From contig OZ004614.1 in assembly GCA_963924565.1 (NCBI GenBank), positions 26,474,001 to 26,538,000 of the forward strand: a stretch of DNA of 64,000 nucleotides. Reading direction: 5' to 3'. The notes under the pieces were generated by a model. It saw only the letters and a list, made by a program, of their open reading frames with translations. It did no database searches and was not told the origin of the DNA. The position numbers and the translations under genes are program-made. Positions within the stretch are counted from its first letter, which is position 1. Every line of letters starts with the position of its first letter. The DNA comes from Ascidiella aspersa (Eukaryota). Positions 39,101-51,100 of this stretch are shown here, piece by piece.

Positions 39101-42100
39101 TACACATGCACGAACACACAGGCACGCACACACACGCACGTGCACACGTGCTTTGTTGCCTACGTAGATAGCTTGGAGGAATGGTAACACTAGTCATTGT
39201 ACATTGCTTACTACAAACACCTTGGTTACCACTCATTGCTTTAGCAAATTAGAATACTGAAAAGCGATTAGCTGCAATTTTAATTTTGACTACAAAGATT
39301 CATTAGTGACAGCCATATTGTTTATAACATTATCTTATCGTTTGTAAAAACTGCAGTGATGTATCTTGTAAAAATGCGTTTCTCCTACTAGTGGATCTGC
39401 CGCCGTACTCCATACTTCGTTATGTGTCAATTGCTTTGAAGAAGGATCCCAACATATCCAATCAATGCTTAAAAGTATACAACGCACAGTCCATATACAT
39501 TTCGCTTAAATCGTCCCTAGCAACTTGGTTTTACATTAAGCATTTAACATCCCCAATAAGTATAAGTTCCCCACAACCCCCAGGTTCAGTTGTTCCTCCG
39601 CGACTCTTGGATCTCCACTCTGCGAGCTGTTGTTCGTGGAAGTTTCCAGTATGTTGGCAAGGGATGGTTCAACATGTACGAGACGAACTGGGAGGTGTAC
39701 AGGATATCAAAACTCAAGAAGTACATGGAGAAAGTCAAGTTCATCATGCAGGTTAAACATTCTGCTTACTCAGATGTGGTAGACACTAACTAAATAAACA
39801 TTTAATAAATATTAATTATACAAAGGGTTCTCTTGGGACAGTGGCCATGTATTTAAAGTTTTCATGACGCCTATTCTTTAGCAATGATTCCATTTGTAAA
39901 TGACAGTGTATTTGCAATGGCATGTGCCTCAGCATCTTCTGTCGTGTTGTTGTAGGACTCGCTTCGTTACCTCGTGCAAGATTCGCTCGCAAACTTCACG
40001 AACATGATCTCGGATGCTTGCCACCAGGTGGTGCACTGCGACGACGACATGGTGTGGGAGAATTCCCTACTCGTGTCAAACTACAAACCAAAGAAGAATC
40101 CACTTTTCGTCATCGAATTGATCATGGGTGGGTAGAGCAGATATATACCAACGTAAATAACATAGCGCGTAAGTGAGCAACTGAAGCGTTCATATACAAA
40201 TGTGTCTTCTGTGACCAAGCCTTCCTGGAGTCGTACTGGCCAAAGAAAATAACATGGACGTAATTGATTTAAAATTAGGTAAACCTTTAGCAATATACAA
40301 GATATTTACTGTTTCATTTTTTTCTTACAACTAAAGCTTTTATGTTATACTTTACTGAAATTGACTGAATAATGGAATATTTTGACATATTATTTGCAAA
40401 TTTGACATATTATTTGCAAGTGGTTTTCCAAAACTTTAGCTGAATATTTAGTAATTGATGTAAACCAGTTATTTGTCTATTCAAAACTGCTATCTTATAA
40501 AACGCCAAAAGTAAAAGAAATACTTTTGCTGTGGATTAGTCGCTCAACACAACCTTTAATGACGTCACACTACAACTTTTAATGACGTTGTCCGGTAGAT
40601 GGCAGCAGCGTGCACTACAGCACCCCCCTGGCGAATTTTGAACCCTCCTTGGTCGGTTTGTTCGACAAAGCGATCGCATCAACGCAACATGTTCCTCAGC
40701 TGGAGAGGTTTGTCCTGGAGGAACTCTTCTGGAGAGGATCTTCGCTCCTAGAGTCCGTCGGAGCTCACGAACCTCCAGTGGAAGCGCTCAGGAGGACTAT
40801 TGTGTGAGTTTGTCTTGGGATGAGTGAGTCATTGTATTACTAAGTCATCTAGTCTTGTCAGGCGGTCCCTGTATAGCCGAGGTCGTGAGTTCGAATCTCA
40901 CCATTAGCTAGTTGCTGTTCTAGGCTGGCTTTGCTGGTATTATGATTCTGATTTGGATGGCTAATTTTAGTGATAACCTTAGGGAAGGCATCTGCTGTAT
41001 AACTATAGTATGCTGTATTCCAGACCTGGGCAAACCACAGCTCCCCAAGTAATTTGATTTAGCCCGTTGCTTATTTTCCGTAAAACTTTTTCAACTAAAA
41101 ACAAGTTATACAGTTATTTATTTGATTTTAGGATATTGTAATGAATAAATTGCACTTGTAGGACAACCACAAAATTATTACTCTGGCCAGCTTTTAAAAC
41201 AATGTTTTATGCAGCTTTTTTAAAAGAATTACAATTTTATTTTAGGTGCTTATAATAGCCTGCCAACCAAAACTTTTCTCTTTGTCTCGCCGCCAGCCAA
41301 AAGTAATTCCCTGCCATGGTCGTTGGACTCGACTGCCACCATGCAGCGGTTGTTGAAGCTGACCGGCGTCCACGAGGTGGCGTGCGTACCCCTGTTAATG
41401 TGTTGTGTTTGTAGGAACGCGGTGCGCAAAGCGATCGTACCTATGCGAGCTTATGCCAAGCAATACGAGCAACACTTGGAACTACACAGCCTCGACGTCG
41501 ACCAGTACATCAAGCAAGTTAATGTTTGCTACACAACCAACACGAGTTATTACGCTATTCGTCATATGTTGTTTGATGCCAAACTAAGCGGATCCTATGT
41601 GTTTTGAAATATGCAGTTTTTACTTAATTAATCAAGTTCTTGCCAAGGATAGATAGTTTTTTACTCATTAATCTCATATAACAAAAGTACAAACTTGAGC
41701 CTAAATTTAATGAAATAATTGGTTGAAATCAAGGAAGGTTGCTACTCTATCAGGTTAAACGCACTTCACACCTTTCAAACGTGTTCGTTTATGACTAGTT
41801 TGCAACCAATATCCCTTTAACCCTTTCGCTTTCAACTTGAAACCCTAGAGGAAGTTTCAAGAACCTAATCTTTTTGCTTTAAATGTACCGCGTTTAACGC
41901 TCAAGCACTCACACAGTGTTGTTTCCCACTGTAGGGAGTTTGACGCGCAGGAGCATACAGCAGCGCAGGTGAAGGCCGAGGTTGACATGCATCTGCTTGA
42001 GAAGGGCCGGCTTGAAGCGAGCATGCCTTCATCTATTGTGGTCGGTGCCTTCTGGATCGGGACGGAGAACGTGAGGCAGAACCTCGCTAAGAAAAGGAAA

Positions 42101-45100
42101 GCGCTGGCGAACGCGGTGCTAGAACTGCTAGCCAAGAAGCTCAGGTCACAAGCCGATGAGGTGAGCTGCTTTGCACGAATTATTGACTCTCTAATTTAGT
42201 ATTTCGAACAATTAATTTAAATTGGTGGCTGAATACGACTCGTCTGACAATAGATTCTCTGGAACTCCTTTTTGGTGTAATTTGTTGCCTGGCCTGTAAT
42301 GGTTAGCCATAGTACTTAAAATAAGAAGTTGGATTAGCGCAAAAAAAAAAGAAAAGCTATAGAATCTCGTTAGCTTTTACAAGTCTTATGCTGCTTTGTT
42401 GCCGTTCCTTTTTATCTAAAGATATTTTCTAAAGGAGTTGAACCACTCTTATTTTTGCTTGTTATGTCCCTAATACCCCTACTTTACTTCTAATATCGCC
42501 TACTTTACATTAGGCATACAAAGACCCCCTAATGCCCCCATTTACCCATGGGCTTGCGACGAGTGAGACCTATAAAACCCCACGCTCAACCCTTACCTCA
42601 CACTTTACCCCAGGCTTGCGAGGAATGCAAGGCGATCAGCCGCAAGTTGTTTGAGAAGCCGAACACGATAGAGGAGCTGACTGAGATGCGCGATTGGATG
42701 AAGGGAGTCCCTGAGCAGCTGATGCAGCATCAGGAGATCATCGACCGAGCTATGGTTGATTACGAGCTCATCGAGGAGTTCTACTACAACCTCGCTCAAG
42801 ATGACTTCAACGCAAAGTAAGATTACTCCAAGCTTAGGAGAATAAGTCTTTTGCTGCTAGTAGCTACGAGAAAATATTGCAGCACCTTAAAGGCAAACTA
42901 TTGAAGCCGCCTCAACACTTTTAGAACAGCATATTGTATTTTGCCAAAACTTTTAGCCTTAAGATTGTCGCAAAAGATTTTTTAAGGACAGTCCTATATT
43001 TGCATAGGGAAACAATTTTCTTATTTGCGTAAACAATCTAAAATGTACTAAATAATTACGACTTCCCTTAATCGCATAATGCTTCAACTTATTCGTTAGA
43101 TGGTGAATTTATTTTGATTTCAATCAAAGCAACGACCTTAACTGCAACACATTAAGGTTAGGGTTATATTGTTCACCAAGGCTTGATGTGCATGATCTGT
43201 ACATTAAGTCGAGAGTTGTGTGTGTTCAGTCTTTCAAGCCGACTCAATGAATATCGAGCGTGGATGCATTGCGTCACAAACACATCGTTTATAACGTCAC
43301 AATGCAACGCGCTGTAACGCGCTATCGATCAATTATGCATGTAGCCGCGTCGGTTTGCGGAACACAGGCGTTCATTACGTAACAGTATACCTTCGCACTG
43401 TGATATGACAATCGGGTTGCGCGATTGTTTTTTCATATGCAGCATTATGACGTGACAATCAGTGGCTTGTTTGGGAATTCCCCAATATACCTGCTAAAGT
43501 GGATTTTTGCAGCAAAATGTTCGTTGCATTATGTGACTAAACTTTATGCTTATACACGATGTATAACCTAATCCAATGAGATAATAAGTCGGCAAACCAC
43601 TGAAATCGCAGCATTATTACGTTTTGTTTATAATGGTGTGACCAAATGAAAACATTACTTCACAGTTTGTGACAATAATGTCAATGAACCATCAACTTGA
43701 TGTTTTGTTTGATGCAATATCTTTGTATGCTGGGCAATTGTTGCGTAACTTGGATTGCTTTCAACAAAGTTAGGTGCAAATAAACGAGTCACATATTTTG
43801 GCAAAAGTCAACAAGCAACATCGCGCTGAACATCCAGAAGTTTTGCATAATTTTGTCGCAAATCCTTCAACTCAAGTTGACGAGGATGGCGACCAGTAGC
43901 CCGAGGTGGCTTGCAACAATGAAGATGACGTACAATCGGAAGAACATGACGTCAACAGCTCGCGCGACGCTCTTCCACTCTTCTTGCTCCAGATCCTGCC
44001 TCTCCTGCTCCTCCTCCTTCGCTATTCGCTCCAATTCACGTTTCCGTCGTTTACGCAACTTGCGCTTCTCCTTTCGTTCCGTTTCCGACTTTTAGAGTTC
44101 AACAAAATGTGCGTTAAAAATAAAACGGGAATAACTGAGAAACAGAGATTGGAAAACATTTATTACCTCGCCATTGCTGAACATTCTTTTGTAATGTTTT
44201 ATACATTTTTCAAAATATTAGTTTAGTAAAAACAGATATAACGCTAAAAAGAATAATGTGTTTTCACTACAATTATATAGACAAAACTCTACTTTGCTTA
44301 AAAGGCAATGTTTTTGTACAAGATTTCAACCTAAAAGAAAATTAAAAATCATGGTAATTGTTGACAGAGAATAACATTTGATTTTAAGAATAATTAAACT
44401 TGCTAAATGTAACATCCGTCAGTTTGTTTTCTGTTTGAACATTAAAACAAAGTTTTCAATTTTATTCTTTTAGAAAAGCAAATAAATTTAAAGTCAAACA
44501 AAACGAGAAACACCTCAATACAAACTTACCTTTGCCAGAAATCCTTTAACGTCAGCTAATGCCGAAAACATCTTCGACTTTGGAACGCTCCACTTGTTCT
44601 GCAGGAGATTCCCCGCAGTTGGGGTTTTGTCCGCGCGCAAATCTTCCGCGGACGACTTCCGACTTTTACCCCCTTCCTTGTTGTTCGACGGAGACTGGTT
44701 TAACGTCAATTCCATCGGACTAGATAATCTGCAACCAAAAAGGCTAAACTCAGAAAAAATACACATTTGCAGGAAAGTGTTTGTGCAGAAGAAATTCTTC
44801 GTGGCATTTTTCAACTAACATTTTATTAAGAACTTTATAAACGAGGAACTTACTGCTTTCCGTGTTTCTTCGGTGCTTCCGTAATGTACTCCACGTCCAC
44901 AACTTTCGGCTGGATTCCGTAATTTACCGTCTTTGGAACTTCCTTCTGTACTAATCCTTCCACTCTAGAATCCGACCAATTTGACTCGTTATCCGAATAA
45001 GTGACGTCATCTGCCTCACTAATGTCACCGTCATCTGGTTTGACGTCATCGTAGTGTGCGTCATTAACGATTGGTGCCATCCACCGTGAATCTCGCTCCC

Positions 45101-48100
45101 CTAAAGTCCAGTACTTGTCGAAAAACTGTAGGATTCTTCGATATTTGGTGGGAATTGAGGAATCGTTCCGCGAACTTTTCCGCGACCGCTGCGTTCCGTG
45201 TTTGTCCTCATCGCTCGAAATTTCTCCCTCCAAGCAACGAACTCTGCAACTGTAAGAACATTTGTTAACATTTCATAACGTTGTGTGGAATAATGACCTG
45301 GAAAAACCGTTAACAACACAAACTAGACGAAGATAGGTAATATGTTGAGTGTGTTCAGCAGATTGTTGTTCATTACTGGGGGTATGTTGTTTTGAAGCGA
45401 TCCAGTAGAAATGCCCCTGGTCGTAATAAATGCATTGAAATATCTTAAACGGACCCACTACCAGTTTAATTAAATGCTTGCTTCAACATCTCACCGTCCT
45501 TGTTTCTTCTTCCCGCCTTCCCTCCGTCTTTTACCGGCCACCTGGAAGTCGTTCACGATCGGCTTGAAATGCACGTGAAGCACCATCACGGTCATCATGA
45601 GGTTTACCCCGAGAAGTCCCATGCATATCACGAAGTAAACTCCTAAGTATGGACCGGTGGATGCCGGGAACATCTCACCAACAGCGAGAAGGAATACCTG
45701 CAATATTAAAAGGAATTTACTACGTGAGCGTATCGTGACTTACCATGAACGTGAGCATTATCGTGATGTATCTTGATTTACCATGAATGTGAGCATTATC
45801 GTGATTTACAGTATCGTGATTTACCATGAACGTGAGCATTATCGTGATTTACCATGAACGTGAGCATTATCGTGATGTATCTTGATTTACCATGAATGTG
45901 AGCATTATCGTGATTTACAGTATCGTGATTTACCATGAAGATGAGCAGTATCGTGATTTACCATGAAGATAAGCAGTATCGATATTTACCATGATCGTGA
46001 GGAGTATCGCGATTTACCATAAACTTGAGCAGTATCGTGATTTACCATGAACGTGAGTATCTTGATTTACCATGAACGTTAGCAGTATCGTGATACACCA
46101 TGAACGTGAGCAGTATCGTGATTTGCAGTATCGTGATTTACCATGAACGTGAGCAGTATAGTGATTTACCATGTACATGAGCAGTATCGTGATTTACCAT
46201 AAACGTGAGCAGTATCGTGATTTACCATAAACGTGAGCAGTATCGTGATTTACCATAAACGTGAGTAGTATCGTGATACACCATGAACGTGAGCAGTATC
46301 GTGATTTACCATGAAGATGAGCAGTATCGTGATTTACCATAAACGTGAGCAGTATAGTGATTTACCATAAACGTGAGCAGTATCGTGATTTACCATGAAC
46401 GTGAGTAGTATCGTGATACACCATGAACGTGAGCAGTATCGTGATTTACCATGAAGATGAGCAGTATCGTGATTTACCAAGAACGTAAAAGGTATCGTGA
46501 TTTACCATGAACGTGAGCAGTATCGTGATTTACCACGAACTTGAGCAGTATCGTGATTTACCATGAAGGTAAGCAGTATCGTGATTTACCATGAACGTAA
46601 AAGGTATCGTGATTTACCATGAACGTGAGCAGGATCGTGATTTACCATGAACTTGAGCAGTATCGTGATTTACCATGAGGATGAGCAGCATCGTGATTTA
46701 CCATGAACGTGAGCAGTATCGTGATTTACCATGAACGTGAGCAGTATCGTGATTTACCATGAAGGTGAGCAGTATCGTGATTTACCATGAACTTGAGCAG
46801 TATCGTGATTTACCATGAACGCAAAAGGTATCGTGATTTACCATGAACGTGAGCAGTATCGTGATTTACCATGAATGTGAGCAGTATCGTGATTTACCAT
46901 GAACGTGAGCAGTATCGTGATTTACCATGAAGGTGAGCAGTATCGTTATTTACCATGAACGTGAGCAGTATCGTGATTTACCATGAACGTGAGAAGTATC
47001 GTGATTTACCATGAACTTGAGCAGTATCGTGATTTACCATGAACGTGAGCAGTATCGTGATTTGCAGCCCGATCCTCTCCCCAGAGTCTGGAGGTAGGTA
47101 GAATCCCAGCAGAGCTACAGTTGTTAGGATGACGCTTGGGAAAAGCATGCTTTGCATATAGAGTGAAGAGTTTCTACGAAGCACAACTGTGAACGCAACC
47201 TAAAAACAGAGCAGATATTTTATGAAGGCCTGAGAAACGATTAATGTTTATTGGGTTCCCTAGAGTACTGGTGAGAAGAATCTGTTTATTTTAAGTAACC
47301 AACCCTCGAACCACGAATATTAACAATTTGCCAAGCACTCTTAAACCAAACCATTTCCGCTATATGATGGGTTGTACCAGCTTTGTTATTGCACTCACCT
47401 CTGCAAACATACTGTCGGTGATAGTGAAGTTGTTGTTAGCTTTTGTGTCGAGTTGCTGAGTGGCGGTGACCACCAGTGGACCGTGGTGTTCAAAGTGCAC
47501 TTCATCGTCCCCCGTCCCACTAACAACAACAAGGTAACATTAATTGTTGATATTGGTGACAGTGATAAGTGTTTATTCCAAAGAAGTTGTGCGCTTTGTT
47601 ATAAAGGTTGTGTCCTGGCATTATTTACATGTGCGTACAGCTCTATGCATTGTCTCCAATGTACTCATGCTTGTCGAACTGCCCACGATATTTAAACTCG
47701 CATTAACGTTTATTTAGCTCCATTATATGCACTAATACCACACGTCTGCGTCCCCAATGTTCTCGGTTCGCATAACGTGTCCTCACCTCCCTTCATCAGT
47801 GTCGTTGTGCGAGCTTGCGTTGTGTAAGCTTGCGTTGCTCGATGCTTTCGTGCTCAGGATCAACGACCCGTAGTCGCGCACCTGAAACACAAACCATCTA
47901 AACCTAGCAGTGAAATGTTAGACAGCTGGCTGTGAATCAAGCGGTCAAACAAGGGGTCTATTTAAAGAACTACGATAACTGACACAATAAGCAACAAATT
48001 ATATGCGGAATAAGCAGCTTTCTGCAAACTTTCCACAATGCATTTAGGAAGTCACTTCTAACTTTCTGTTATTGAAAAAAGTGATTTGTTCGACTCACGT

Positions 48101-51100
48101 TCTTCTTGACGCTGATCCCCGCCAACCTCCACTCGCCGGTGTTGATGAAGAATCGATCTGTGTCTTCCTCCAACTTCAAACTGCTTCGGTCGCTTGAAAG
48201 ATCGATCCGGGAGATCGGCTGCGACCATGACACGAAAGTCATGTGACACACCTGCCAACAATACACTCTGTTACGTCACTACATGGAAGTCATATGACAC
48301 ATCTGCCAACAATAGACTCTGTTACGTCACTACACGAAAGTCATGTGACACACCTGCCAACAATACACTCTGTTACGTCACTACATGGAAGTCATATGAC
48401 ACACCTGCCAACAATACACTCTGTTACGTCACTACACGAAAGTCATGTGACACACCTGCCAACAATACACTCTGTTACGTCACTACACGAAAGTCATGTG
48501 ACACACCTGCCAACAATACACTCTGTTACGTCACTACACGAAAGTCATGTAACACACCTGCCAACAACACACTCTGTTACGTCACTACATGGAAGTCATA
48601 TGACACACCTGCCAACAATACACTTTGTTACGTCACTACACGAAAGTCATGTGACACACCTGCCAACAATACACTCTGTTACGTCACTATTCCGCGTGTT
48701 TTAAAATATTGGTTAATTGAGTTGTATGGTTGAATTAAGAATAACAACTTGTTGATTAAAGGGATGAAGTTTGTACTCTTGTGTCAATATCGTGTTGCGA
48801 CTTTCCTAGTTTAAATTCTTGGCAGATGGAGTTTAGTTTTGTTTGAACTTTTATGTTTTCGGAAACTAAATGAGCTGTGACTTGTTAAATACTGGAAAGA
48901 AACGTCCAACGCTGATTGGTGTTCTACAGCTACTTCAGTATCGTACTCTAGGGTTACCAAGAGTTGTTCGTTGCACCTGAACATCGAAGGGGAAGAAAGC
49001 TGTGTCGATGCTGCAAGAAGTCTCGAAAGCGCTCGGCTCCTGGTACTTCACTGTTCCGTCATAAACGACCTGTACGTGGACGAGTCGTGGGGGGTAGCTC
49101 CTGCTGCCAACCTCCTCGTAAACAACAATGTCCGGGAACCAGATCAACTGGTGCGGGATCTCAACTGAACAAGTGGGACAGGGATGGTAGTAACACTATA
49201 CTGGAAGCCGTGCTATCATTAGTGTTCGACTTACTTCGCCCTGGAGCCCGTGTAGCTCAGCTGGTAGATCGACAGTCCCGGTATGGTCAAGGTTGTGAGT
49301 TCGAATCCCACCACAAGCTCGTGTATTTTGCTGGACTAATTTCGGGTAAACAGCCAAAGGGACTCGGTGTATTTCATACCCACGTTTGTGGTTATGATCG
49401 TTCCGTATGATTTAAAACTTTCAGATCGCATTTTATTCATGTCTAGCGATTTCAAAACAGCAGCTTTAGAAATCCAGTGGCATGAAGTAAGCAAAAATAT
49501 TAAACGAACATAAGCTATTTCAACCAATAGTTTCCCTTACTTTCTTTGATGCCACCAAATTCCTCAGGATTCCAAACAAACTGATAATCCTTCCAAACAA
49601 CTCGATACCAAACCAAACTCTTCAAAACCTGGTTCTTTTCGTCCAAATCTAACACCTGAAGAAGAAAATCAATCATTAATTCGATGTGATGTTAACATTC
49701 ATCGATTACATGAGCGTTTCTTAAACTGTCAGTTTTGTTCACCCCTGGCATCAAATGCTGCGTTTCAATTCACCCAAATAAATAAAACCGTCGCAACTGT
49801 CCATAAGCGTCATTGGCATGAGCACCAGTATGTGCGAGGTATTTGTGGGTTGCTTGTTGTACCACATTTCTTCTGGTATTAAACAATTTTGATGTTGGTT
49901 TGATTTGTGCAAGTTTCTGAGCACAGAAATATAAAAAAAAATCATTCACCTGTTACACAATTGATTGGTTAATCCTTGTAAAATTACCCACCCTTGGTCG
50001 AACCATTCTGTAGTTTAATAAACACTGGGTTGCATCTCACATGCGATGCATTGGCCTGGTTATCAAATGATGCATATTTACGGGCGTAATGTAAACGTTG
50101 AAGCAAATTTGAGGTTTACACAAAACACTGCAGCCACCTGTTGAGGTTAGAGATGTGGAAGCAGATAAGGAAGCTACTTACGGGATTTCTCTTAGCGGCC
50201 AATCACGCTTCTTTATTTTCTTTCACATAACGTGATCTCGCATGAATAATGGAAAGCTCAAAGATTGTCCGGAACCTTAGGAAGGTGGTTTATTTTGCGA
50301 CAAACACGAAATATATTACTCATATATTTAAACGTATAGTTCGACTAAACCCACTAAAGTAACACGATCCTTAGAAGCCAATAATACTTCCATCTGTCAG
50401 TTAATTTAAACCACTTAAAATGTTCTATATTTATGTGAAGCCTGCAAGTGATATCTTGCTGGAACCTTCAACACACCTTTGGTTTTAACCCGAACTTAAC
50501 ACTTGCGGTGAAATAACGCCTTAAACCACTTTGTTGTTTCAGTAACCTTAGTACAAAGTGTGACCTGATGTAAACCTTATCTCTAGCTGTTATTTTTACC
50601 TCGAATTAAACAAAGGCCGCACTTTGAACAACCCGAGCATTTTGTGATCTATCACTGTCGCTGTTGTGTTAGTTTGTGCTGATTTTATGTCAGCTCATTA
50701 AACTTTTACTAAATGCGCAACGCAGGAAGTAAGAGCGCAACCATTAAACGCAAATACTAAAAGCACCTGGGCTCTACATTTCGTTACAACCACTTAACAA
50801 CTTTACATTTTGCCATAATTTAAAAATTTCAACATAAACGATTTAACTTCGTTTAACTTCATTGAACACTTTTATAGAAAAAAAGTATATAAAAAATACA
50901 GTCCGTTTTAGGTGCTGCCACCTAGTGAAGAACTTACCTGTCTATAGGTGAATCCGACTTTAATGAGGATGTTTTCTTTATAGTCGTAGACAGGGGGCAT
51001 TGTTGCGTCATAGCCGTCCAACAATGCGCGCTTGAGTCGTTGCACGGGCGAGTCTGATTCACTCCCATTGTTGTATTGCTTGTTCTGACTGCGACTCAAA

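Noticed and set aside
11590-43482. Scattered NF-kB-like GGGRNTYCCC sites
   Set aside because: Isolated, not clustered near a defined promoter, and with no supporting evidence.
45250-45299. Acceptor at 45298-45299 for the M3-M4 loop exon
   Set aside because: All three frames reach a stop; the acceptor at 45250-45251 gives the continuous frame.
48194-48733. 179-aa and 153-aa repeat ORFs on the + strand
   Set aside because: Translations of the 51-bp acceptor array, antisense to the channel gene; no independent coding evidence.
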